Below are positions 1 to 9,569 of a DNA stretch of 18,252 nt, piece by piece. Position 1 is the stretch's first letter. Each line of letters begins with the position of its first letter. The notes below the pieces were generated by a model that was given only the letters and a program-made list of their open reading frames with translations, had not been told where the DNA came from and did no database searches. The DNA is taken from contig NW_021824575.1 in NCBI RefSeq assembly GCF_006345805.1, positions 1-18,252 of the forward strand. Direction: 5' to 3'. Source of the stretch: Octopus sinensis (Eukaryota). The position numbers and the translations under genes were made by a program.

Positions 1-5
1 GAGAT

Positions 6-38
<33 letters not shown>

Positions 39-73
39 TGAGAGGAGAGAGAGAGAGAGAGAGAGAGAGGAGA
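1..73. repeat. (GA)n microsatellite, imperfect
   Basis: Direct reading of the GA dinucleotide run. Confidence 0.98.
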
Positions 74-384
74 GCCCTTCTGCCTTATATTAGGCCTATG
101 GAACAGTTTTCGAGAATTATGCTCCGAAATATATCCTTGCAGTTTAAATTTCATAGCAGAAATTCTGGAGCAATTTCAGTGTAGAGAATTCTACATCTAA
201 AGTGCTGCTGCTTGGAATTACCTATATTTCGAATTTCTTTAGCGAGCCATGAATGTACATAAGAAAAAACTACTTTGAGCAAAAAAAATATCTGCACTTC
301 GTATTACTGATGAAACGAATACAGTTTTTATTATTTACTTTTTTTTCTTTACAAGCGATTTTTTCACAGAAAGATATTTAGTTC

Positions 385-607
385 CAGCGTGGAAGATATT
401 TGTAAGCCATTCAAGAACACATAAAAACCGTTAGTTTCGCTTCAACATTTAATTTTTGTTTTGACATAAATGAAAAGTAAATGTTGAAGTGAAACTAACG
501 GTCTTTGTGTGTTCATGAATATCTTACAAATATCTTCCACGTTGCAATTTGTTTTTGTTTCAGCACACGATCTCATACCAAGTCACTTGCTATGCGAGTA
601 CATCTCC
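385..607. mobile_element. Foldback (palindromic) repeat element, short internally deleted copy
   Basis: Inverted arms ~388-450 and ~479-541, then a 3' extension ending ACATCTCC(G) shared with the copy at 770-1077. Flanked by direct repeat GATATTTAGTTC at 373-384 and 608-619. Confidence 0.8.
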
Positions 608-638
608 GATATTTAGTTCAAGCAGCTTAAATTTTAGG

Positions 639-715
<77 letters not shown>

Positions 716-765
716 GCACGCACACACACACACAGATACACAAACACAGATACACACACACAAAA
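639..765. repeat. (CA)n microsatellite, degenerate toward the 3' end
   Basis: Direct reading. Confidence 0.98.
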
Positions 766-769
766 ACAT

Positions 770-1077
770 GCGTGGAAGGTGTTTATAAGCCATTTAAGAA
801 ACACAAAAACTTCAACACTTAAATTTAATTTACCAAAATATTTTCGTCGCTTTGAGACCGCCACCTGTTCACTGACAAAATTCCGTGCTGCATCTCAGAG
901 AACAGGTCGCGGTCTCAAAGCGACGAAAATATTTTGACAAATTTAATTTAAATGTTGAAGTGAATCTAACGGTTTTTGTATTTCTTAAATGGCTTATAAA
1001 CACCTTTCACGCTGCAATTGCTTTCGTTCCAGCACACGATCACAGATCAGGTCACTTGCTATGCAATTACATCTCCG
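770..1077. mobile_element. Foldback repeat element, longer copy; possibly derived from a Penelope-like pseudo-LTR
   Basis: Inverted arms ~770-870 and ~900-1012, same 3' extension as 385-607, bounded by (CA)n and (TA)n. Contains the hammerhead-like motif in both arms. Confidence 0.75.
829..879 (-). ncRNA. Candidate type I hammerhead ribozyme, G3-C8 core variant
   Basis: Minus strand reads TTTGTCA GTGAACA G GTGGC GGTCTCAAA GCGAC GAAA ATAT T T TGGTAAA. The opposite arm (898-941, +) keeps a perfect helix II GTCGC/GCGAC and helix I 3' strand TGACAAA. Confidence 0.6.
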
Positions 1078-1109
<32 letters not shown>

Positions 1110-1125
1110 ACATATACATATGCAT
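1078..1125. repeat. (TA)n microsatellite
   Basis: Direct reading. Confidence 0.97.
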
Positions 1126-1771
1126 ATACGACAAGACAAAGGGGTTTATAAGACTACAAAAAAGAAGTGTTCAAATGAAATTGGGACAGAGATAAAAAAA
1201 ATCATTGATTAGAGAACAAACATCAAATTCGAGTCAACGACTTTATATGACATTACGCTTCCATACATTTGATCACATATGAATATTACCATGGCCTTTA
1301 ACATATAAAAAATACATATATAAAAAAACACACAGATATAAAATATATATGCAGATAAAATACAAATATATAGAACGGCCTATTAAGAAGGTATATACAA
1401 TCGACTAAAAATTCTAAAGCGCGTCATGCGACTAAAATTTTAAATGAAATAAAATATCAATCGACTAAGAAAAAAATTTTTTCTTACTCCCCTCAATTAA
1501 AAATATGTCAAAAAAGTTCATTTCATAAAAAAACAAGTTAGGTTGCAGTCCAGGATCGTAAAAAGTTTCACAAAATCAAGTCAAACACGCACACACACAT
1601 ATACACACAGGCACACACACACACAGGTTTAAATTTAATTAGAGGATATGTAAACCTCATGAAGGGATGGTTTCATCTAAGGAAATACTGGTTCAATACG
1701 TAGTATTTTTTGGGAACGAATTTCTTTAAGATAATAGGTAGATATAAAGCATATAGTTTTTATCTATTTTA

Positions 1772-2095
1772 AAGAAGAAAAGAAAATGGAGATTAGGAAG
1801 TTAATAATTGTTTATTATTAACAACAGATTGGTCATCTTCGCTTCTTACAGCCGTCCCAATTAATACTCAATTATTTAATTACAAATTTGTACATTAAAT
1901 TTACATTTATGTGACATAAGTATGATTTCATCAGAGGAAAAAAAGGTGGACCTTTGGATGTTATATGTGACTTATCAATTCATTTAATTAAATTATTGAG
2001 TTTAATTGAGAGACGGCTGTAAGAAGCAAAGATGGCTAATTTGTTGTTATAATAAGCAAATTATTAACTTCCTAATCTCATTTTCTTTTCTTCTG
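1772..2095. mobile_element. Second, unrelated foldback element (~110 bp arms, ~100 bp spacer)
   Basis: 1772-1882 is the reverse complement of ~1984-2095 (AGAAGAAAAGAAAATG(G)AGATTAGGAAGTTAATAATT...CTTCTTACAGCCGTC). A third partial arm lies at ~2361-2392. Confidence 0.8.
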
Positions 2096-2100
2096 TATAT

Positions 2101-2177
<77 letters not shown>

Positions 2178-2357
2178 TATATATATATATTATATATATA
2201 TATATATTATATATATATATATATACATATATACATATATATATATACATATATATATATATACATATATATACATATATATATACATATATATACATAT
2301 ATATAGTAATATCTATCTATCTATTTATCTATCTATCTATCAATCTATCTATCTATA
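2096..2357. repeat. Compound microsatellite (TA)n/(TACATA)n followed by (TCTA)n
   Basis: Direct reading. Confidence 0.97.
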
Positions 2358-3040
2358 AAACAGAAGGAAAGAAAACGGAGATTAGGAAGTTTATATATAT
2401 ATATATTCTCACATATGCATAGTATATATTATATATGTATGTGTAGATAAGTAGACATACCCGCATATACATATATATGAATACCCACACACGCACAAAC
2501 ATATACACACATACTTACGCATGCACATACGTAGACACCCACCCACACACCCACACACACGTATTATATGTACATGTTTACACACTCATACTCTGAAGCA
2601 TAGCTGGTGTATATATATATAGTTTTGTGCTCATGTTTACAGAAAGCACAATGCGCATAACTAAGCAACGGTAATCTCGAAATAGTTCTCGAAGCTTCAG
2701 TGTTCACCCGATGTTGGCAATGACAAGTACGAATCTGCTGCTCTTCAAGTCTAAAGAAAGATGTCAGAAATATGTTTTTATGATATTCTAGTTTACTTCA
2801 CATCTTTTCAATTTCGTCACAGCTGTTCTGCTTAACTGAGATTCCGCCTACAACTAAATCCAATAAACAAACTAACTACTAACATTGCTGATCTCCGTCT
2901 CCAGCCAGTTATTGCTAACATCTTTAACACATATATTCAGGTACATGTATATCTTTATATATATATACCACACAGCCACGCCTGCGGCCTCATACATACA
3001 TACATATATATATTATATATATATATATATGTATGTATGA

Positions 3041-3175
3041 GGCCGCAGGCGGTGTTGTGGTTAAGAAGTTTGCTTCTCAACCACGTGATTAACGTTTCAG
3101 TTCCTACAATAGCCACAACTTACGAAAGCCTTTGAGTGGATTGGTAGACGGAAATAGAAAGAAGCCCACCGTGTG
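3041..3175 (+). mobile_element. SINE family A 5' head, degenerate and internally deleted
   Basis: GGCCGCAGGCGGTGTTGTGGTTAAGAAGTTTGCTT...GAGTGGATTGGTAGACGGAAATAGAAAGAAGCCC matches the head of the copies at 8580-8991 and 10891-11028. Confidence 0.75.
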
Positions 3176-3210
3176 TATATATATATATATATATACCACA
3201 CCACACACAT

Positions 3211-3242
<32 letters not shown>

Positions 3243-3356
3243 TATATATATATTGTTTTATTCGGAATGGTCATTTTGCCAGTTTAGCCAATAATCTTGC
3301 ACAACAAATATATAAAAAACGTACTATATATATATAGTATATATATATATAATATA

Positions 3357-3387
<31 letters not shown>

Positions 3388-3388
3388 C

Positions 3389-3789
3389 CTTTTACTCTTT
3401 TACTTGTTTCAGTCATGTGACTGTGGCCATGCTGGAGCACCGCCTTTAGTTGATCAAATCGACCCCAGGACTTATTCTTTGTAAGCCTAGTACTTATTTT
3501 ATCGGTCACTTTTTTGCCGAACCGCTAAGTTACGGGGACGTAAACACACCAGCATCGTTTGTTAAGCGATGTTGGGGGGACAAACACAGACACACAAGCA
3601 CACACACATATATATATACATATATACGACGGGCTTCTTTCAGTTTCCGTCTACCAAATCCACTCACAAGTCTTTGGTCGGCTAGAGGCTATAGTAGAAG
3701 ACACTTGCCCAATGTGCCACACAGTGGGACTGAACCCGGAACCATGTGATTGGTAAGCAAGCTACTTAGCACACAGTTACTCCTGCACC
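3389..3789 (-). mobile_element. tRNA-derived SINE family A, full length
   Basis: Pol III A-box-like and B-box-like (GGTTCAGTCCC) head, TTGGGCAAGTGTCTT segment resembling the CORE domain, internal TA/TG microsatellite, 3' body and (GAGTAAAA)n tail. Homologous to several other copies in the window. Confidence 0.92.
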
Positions 3790-3978
3790 TTTTATATATA
3801 TGTGTAGATAGGTAGACATACCTGCATATACATTTATATGAATACCCACACACACACAAACATATACACACATACACAGGCATACACATTCGTAGACACA
3901 CTCACACACACCAAATATAGAGTACTAGTCATGTACGGGTACTTGTCGAGCATTTATTTTATTAGCAGAAAGAAAAAG

Positions 3979-4362
3979 CAACCAACCACATGGTTCCGGG
4001 TTCAGTCCCACTGCGTGGCACCTTGGGCAAGTGTCTTCTGCTATAGCCTCGGGCCGACCAAGGCCTTGTGAGTGGATTTGGTAGACGGAAACTGAAAGAA
4101 GCCCGTCGTATGTATGTATATATATATATGCGTGTCTGTGTTTGTATGTCTGTGTTTGTCCTCCTAGCATTGCTTGACAACCGATGCTGATGTCTTTATG
4201 TCCCCGTTACTTAGCGGTTCGGCAAAAGAGACCGATAGAATAAGTACTGGGCTTACAAAAGAATAAGTCACGGGTTCGAGTTGCTCGATTAAAGGCGGTG
4301 CTCCAGCATGGCCGCAGTCAAATGACTGAAACTAATAAAAGAGTAAAAGAGTAAAGAGTAAA
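3979..4362 (+). mobile_element. SINE family A, slightly 5'-truncated
   Basis: Same head, microsatellite, body and tail as the 3389-3789 copy, in the opposite orientation. Confidence 0.92.
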
Positions 4363-4377
4363 AACAAAAAAAATTCA

Positions 4378-4470
4378 AAGCTACCCTTGGTGTGATTTGA
4401 ACTAAGAACTTAAAGAAACATAAACTGAATAACTTAAGGTCTTTTAGCCGATGTGCTATCTTTGCCGCCA
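4378..4470 (-). mobile_element. Very degenerate SINE family B-like head
   Basis: GATTTGAACTAAGAAC...TTTTAGCCGATGTGCTA...GCC aligns loosely to the B-family GAATTTGAACTCAGAAC...TTTCGCCCGGCGCGCTAACG. Confidence 0.5.
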
Positions 4471-4699
4471 ATCCCAATCCGGTATACAGCAATCCTAACA
4501 ACAAGATTTTTGCTGTAATATCAGGTGTATGTTACTCAATATAGCTGTTCCTGCTGCTGGAATTTTCAACCACGGCTCATTCATACCTACTTTGCAGACA
4601 GCTGTTACACAGATGCGCGTATACAATTAACACCGCTCTTGTATGCGGAACAAGTCACGTAACTGTTCTAGAATCATCGTTAATCCATGATAAGACACC

Positions 4700-4930
4700 T
4701 CATACATGCGTACACATATCCATCCATCCATCCATCTGTATATATGTATTTATGTGTATATATATGTATATGCATGTATGTATATATGTATATGTATGTG
4801 TATGTGTGTATATATATATACATTTATATATATATATATTTATGTATACATATATGTATATATATGTATGTATATATATATATGTATATACATGTATATA
4901 TATATGTATATGTCTGTGTATGTGTGTGTA

Positions 4931-4961
<31 letters not shown>

Positions 4962-5092
4962 TATGTATATATATATGTATATATATATGTATATACATGT
5001 ATATATATATGTATATGTATAAACATGTATATATATATATATATATATGTATGTTGTGTATGTGTGTATATATATATACATATATATATATT

Positions 5093-5131
<39 letters not shown>

Positions 5132-5296
5132 CATACACGCATGTATATGTATATATACATATGTATCTATGTGTGTGTGTATGTGTAAATGGCTAAGGTA
5201 TTCTTCAATCTGTATTGGATTTCTTCTATCTGTATTTTCCATCACTACACACACATACACACAGACACACAGACACACACACACATACACACACAC
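4700..5296. repeat. Long compound (TA)n/(TG)n/(TATG)n array followed by (CA)n
   Basis: Direct reading; source of the overlapping Y/I/M/C/V-rich ORFs. Confidence 0.97.
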
Positions 5297-5507
5297 GCGC
5301 CGCCTTCGTACGAGCACATAAATATTTACATAGACACCCCTGTGGTATGTGGGCTTTTTCGAATCCTTACTATTATATTCTGAATTCCCTACCGTTCTTT
5401 TAAGAATCTTTGACGTCACTAGAATGTCGCTTCTACTCCCTTCTCTGCAGCTTCAACAAAACTGGCAGATGGTAGCACAATCAAATAATTTGATGCTACT
5501 CTTTACT

Positions 5508-5510
5508 ATC

Positions 5511-5576
<66 letters not shown>

Positions 5577-5700
5577 ATCTATCTTTTTTTTCCTCTCCCC
5601 CTTTTTTCCTCTTTTTTCTTCTCTTTTCATTTTTCTTTTCTTTTTTTCCCTTTTTTCTTTTTTTCTTTTCCTTTTTTTCTTTTTTTTCTTTTCCCTTTTA
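5508..5700. repeat. (TCTA)n microsatellite followed by a T/C-only polypyrimidine tract
   Basis: Direct reading. Confidence 0.95.
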
Positions 5701-5811
5701 CGATCCCTTTTGATCGAAAACCTACACCTTTTTTTTTTCTCCTCCAAAAGAAAAGCTCTACCTTGTAACTTGTCCCATCTGCGTGCAGCCCTGTGAGGCC
5801 AATAAAGAAAC

Positions 5812-5883
<72 letters not shown>

Positions 5884-5900
5884 ATCTATCCATCCATCCC

Positions 5901-5977
<77 letters not shown>

Positions 5978-6012
5978 ATCCATACCTATTTTTGTATCTA
6001 TCTGTCTGTCTC
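5812..6012. repeat. (TATC)n microsatellite, preceded by a short B-like SINE 3' end (GCAGCCCTGTGAGGCCAATAAAGAAA)
   Basis: Direct reading; the tail resembles B-family GTAGCCCCTTGTGGGCAGTAAAGAAA. Confidence 0.9.
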
Positions 6013-6303
6013 TCTTCCCCTCCTGTATGCACGAACACGCAGACGCTCATATAGTTACACAAATGTAGAATAGCGTAGCATAAATTCAAGATAGAATTAT
6101 ATCTAAATATAACTATAATTTTATCTTTCAAATCCTGTATTTCTGAAGATTCGAAAGATAACTACTTTTACTAAGTAGTATTCTCGATTTTATTTAATGT
6201 TATCCTCCATTTGCATAACTATTTGCCGTACTTCCTTGAAGTAAGTACTTTTTAAACATTAGTGTCCGTCTAATGTTTAATTACACAAGAGTTGCTGTGT
6301 GTG

Positions 6304-6725
6304 AAGGCGGCGAGCTGGCAGAAACGTTAGCACACCGGGCGAAATGCCGAGCGGTATTTCGTCTGCCGTTACGTTCTGAGTTCAAATTCCGCCAAGGTCG
6401 ACTTTGCCTTTCATCCTTTCGGGGTCGATTAAATAAGTACCAGTTACGCACTGGGGTCAATATAATCGACTTAATCCGTCAATTTGTCCTTGTTTATCTC
6501 CTCTGTGTTTAGCCCCTTGTGGGTAGTAAAGAAATAGGTATTTCGTCTGCCGCTACGTTCTGAGTTCAAATTCCGCCAAGGTCGACTTTGTCTTTCATCC
6601 TTTCGGGGTCGATTAAATAAGTACCAGTTACGCACTGTGGTCGATATAATCGACTTAATCCGTTTGTCTGTCTTTGTTTGTCCCCTCTGTGTGTAGCCCC
6701 TTGTGGGCAGTAAAACATAAGAAAT
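6304..6725 (+). mobile_element. tRNA-derived SINE family B, partial tandem dimer (6304-6536 full unit, 6537-6725 headless unit)
   Basis: A-box-like TGGCAGAAACGTT, B box GAGTTCAAATTCC, central GCCTTTCATCCTTTCGGGGTCGAT. 15-bp TSD AAGAGTTGCTGTGTG at 6287-6301 and 6726-6740. Confidence 0.93.
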
Positions 6726-6885
6726 AAGAGTTGCTGTGTGGTAAGAAGTTTGCTTCCCATCCAAATGGCTCCGGGTTCAGTCACACTGCGCGGCACCTTA
6801 GAAAAATAACTTCTATTATAGCTTCAGTCGACTACAGCCTTGTGACTGGATTTGGTAGACGGAAACTGAAAGAAGCCCGTCGTGT
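6726..6885 (+). mobile_element. SINE family A head, interrupted in its A box by the B dimer
   Basis: GAGTTGCTGTGTGGTAAGAAGTTTGCTTCCC...GGGTTCAGTCACACTGCG...GGATTTGGTAGACGGAAACTGAAAGAAGCCCGTCG. Confidence 0.88.
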
Positions 6886-6890
6886 ATATA

Positions 6891-7233
6891 TCGGTTAACG
6901 GTTATTTTCAATACTTTTCTCGTTGAATTAAGTGTTCGTATCTCTTTTTGTCTTCTGAAATTTTATATTTGGATCTTCTATATATATGAAGAATTTTCCC
7001 CCGTTTGGCTGTTTTTCTCTCTGCAAAACGAAGAGTTGCATTATGGAGCTGTCATTTTAACGAGATTTTTTATTTATTTATCACCCGACGAGATACGTCC
7101 GCACCGCCGGATGCTCCTGTACCAGTTTTTTTTTGTGGTGTCCCACAAGAGGAGTCGATGCTAGATGTGTCGAAACAATTGTTGTGATTAATAATATATT
7201 CTCGTATATTCCATCTTCTGTCTTTTATTTGTT
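6891..7233 (+). mobile_element. Unclassified insert within the SINE-A internal (TA)n, carrying a decayed hammerhead-like motif (7144-7186)
   Basis: Bounded by TA repeats on both sides; SINE-A homology resumes at ~7255. Contains GAAACAATTGTTGTG with palindromic ACAATTGT. Confidence 0.55.
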
Positions 7234-7254
7234 ATATATATATATATATATATA

Positions 7255-7399
7255 ACTTAGCGGTTCGGCAAAAGAGACCGATAGAATAAGTACTAGGCTT
7301 ACGAAGAATAATTCCTGGGGTCAATTTGCTCGACTAAAGGCGGTGCTCCAGCATGGCCGCAGTCAAATGACTGAAACAAGTAAAAGAGTAAAGAGTATA

Positions 7400-7437
<38 letters not shown>

Positions 7438-7500
7438 CTAATGAAGGCGGTGCCCCAGCATGGCTGCAGTCCAATGATTAAAGCCAACAAGAGAATAAAA
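7255..7500 (+). mobile_element. SINE family A 3' body and tail (7255-7395), plus a second terminal fragment (~7440-7500)
   Basis: ACTTAGCGGTTCGGCAAAAGAGACCGATAGAATAAGTACT...GGCGGTGCTCCAGCATGGCCGCAGTC...GAGTAAA. Confidence 0.9.
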
Positions 7501-7849
7501 GAATATTAACGGGTGTTTGTTTCCACTGCAATTTAAACAGATACGTTAAAACAATGTTTACACTATTCAACGTGTTAGAATAACAAACTGCGAAGCGGAT
7601 ATTCCAATTGTTTAGTTTATGTTAACTGCATGTCTTGGTAGAATCATCGTTGATTTTAAGCGTTGCTAGAGGTGCTATTTAACGTGTGTTGCTTCACCAA
7701 CATCTGCCAGGAGCTGACAGTTCTTTCAAATCTATCTTGGTTATGAAATATAGATTTTTTTTTTTGTTTAAATAATCTTCCTTCTTTCTCGTTTTCGTTT
7801 TATAATTAGCGAGTAGTTGTTCGTGCTGTTGCCGTAGTGTTATTGGTAT

Positions 7850-7945
7850 TACGGCTGCCATATTGGAACACCACTTTGAAGGGTTTAGTCGAATAAATTT
7901 ATCCCAGTATTTATTTGTTGAAGCTGATACTTATTCTGTCAGTAT
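7850..7945 (-). mobile_element. Old SINE family A 3' fragment
   Basis: CGGCTGCCATATTGGAACACCACTTTGAAGGGTTTAGTCGAA...GATACTTATTCTGTC aligns to the minus-strand A body. Confidence 0.65.
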
Positions 7946-8195
7946 GGTTGTAATGGTATTGGTGGTGTTCTAATGATATTTGTGGTGTTGTAGAGGTATT
8001 TTACGCCGCTTTTGTAGTTATCGTATCTATTACTATGGAGGAGAAACAAAGATAGTCTTCGTATTACAGCTACTCTCGAACATTGTTGTCGCCACTCAAC
8101 TCAGGGCCGAAGAGAAAGAACAAAAAGTGAAATGATTTATGTCCACCCACCACTTTTAAAAACTAAAAACTACTTCATTTTAATATTATATATTT

Positions 8196-8420
8196 ATTTA
8201 CTACCCACAAGGGGCTACTCACAGAGGGGACAAACAAGGACAGACAAAGGGATTAAGTCGATTACATCAACCCCAGTGCGTAACTGGTACTTAATTTATC
8301 GACCCCGAAAGGATGAAAGGCAAAGTCGACCTCGGCGGAATTTGAACTCGGAACGTAGCGGCAGACGAAATACGGCTATGCATTTCGCCCGGCGCGCTAA
8401 CGTTTCTGCCAGCTCGCCGC
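8196..8420 (-). mobile_element. SINE family B, full length
   Basis: Reverse complement of the 6304-6536 unit. CATTTTAAT at 8176-8184 and 8425-8433 may be a decayed TSD. Confidence 0.93.
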
Positions 8421-8579
8421 TGGCCATTTTAATATTATATCTATTACTAAAGAACACAAAATGATAAACTAGGATCTTACCTTTGCAGTAGGAAATTGTG
8501 TGCTGCCGTGAGTGCAAAAATGTTGCAGGGTATGAAACGGCGCTAAACATTCTGCCAATGATTCTGCCAGCTCATCACT

Positions 8580-8991
8580 TTTATTCTTTCTTTTACTTGT
8601 TTCAGTCATTTGACTGCTGGCCATGCTGGAGCACCGCCTTTAACCGAGCAAATCGACCCCAGGACTTATTCTTTGTAAGCCTAGTATTTAATCTATCGAT
8701 CTCTTTTGCCGAACCGCAAAGTTACGGGACGTAAACACACCAGCATCAAGCGATGTTGGGGGACAAACACAGACACACAGACATACACATACACACACAC
8801 CACACACATATATATACATATATACGACGGGCCTCTTTCAGTTTCCGTCTACCAAATCCACTCACAAGGCTTTGGTCGGCCCGAGGCTATAGTAGAAGAC
8901 ACTTGCCCAAGGTGCCACGCAGTGGGACTGAACCCGGAACCATGTGGTTAGCAGGCAAGCAAGCTACTTACCACACAGCCACTCCTACGCC
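8580..8991 (-). mobile_element. SINE family A, full length
   Basis: Complete head (GGCGTAGGAGTGGCTGTGTGGTAAG on the minus strand), microsatellite, body and tail. Confidence 0.93.
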
Positions 8992-9285
8992 TTGTGAAAT
9001 TTTAATAATGTCACACATTTTGTGGTCAAAAAAAATTTCCCGATACAGACAGGTGTTGCAAAAATAAATGAAAACGTATCAGACAATTTCTTTGCAGTTT
9101 CAAATATTCTTGCTAAGACCACTAATGACAGAATCAGAATGGCATTAAAACAGATGTCCAAAATAACGTACAATATGTCAGAATCTTTTGTTTGGTTGTC
9201 ATCATTTCACTAGTTACCATCAAAAGTTTTCTTTCTCTTTCTTTCTTGGCAGACTGTTAGCGATATGATTTGTTTCCGTGCGCAG

Positions 9286-9560
9286 TTACTTTACTCTCTT
9301 TTACTCTTTTACTTGTTTCAGTCATTTGACTGCGGCCATGCTGGAGCACCGCCTTTAGTCGAGCAAATCAACCCCGGGACTTATTCTTTTGTAAACCCAG
9401 TACTTATTCTATCGGTCTCTTTTGCCGAACCGCTAAGTGGACGGGGACGAACACAAAAACAACCAGCATCGGTTGTCAAGCAATGCTAGGGGGACAAACA
9501 CAGACACACAAACATATACACGCACACATATATATATATATACATATATACGACAGGCTC
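9286..9560 (-). mobile_element. SINE family A, 5'-truncated (3' body plus microsatellite)
   Basis: Homology to 8580-8830. Confidence 0.9.
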
Positions 9561-9569
9561 TTGTTAACA

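Noticed and set aside
301-325. CTGATGA followed by AACGAATAC as a hammerhead
   Set aside because: No helix II plus GAAA and no helix III/NUH in the required order.
1650-1700. CTCATGAAG-GGATG-GTTT-CATCT-AAG-GAAA as another ribozyme relic
   Set aside because: G5 is altered, extra bases precede GAAA, and there is no convincing helix I or III.
2640-2780. Minus-strand exon after acceptor TTTCTGACATCTTTCTTTAG
   Set aside because: The acceptor is good, but there is no convincing donor and no recognisable peptide in any frame.
6143-6165. CTGAAGA-TTC-GAAA as an ultra-minimal hammerhead
   Set aside because: Core spacing fits, but the following AGAT is not palindromic and no helix I partner exists; likely chance.
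6304-6725. Direct repeats as a CRISPR array or LTR pair
   Set aside because: Units are ~190 bp SINE bodies with no spacers, no TG..CA ends and a eukaryotic context.
4669-7652. Shared 13-mer TAGAATCATCGTT at ~4670 and ~7638
   Set aside because: Flanks do not align; compatible with chance in AT-rich sequence.
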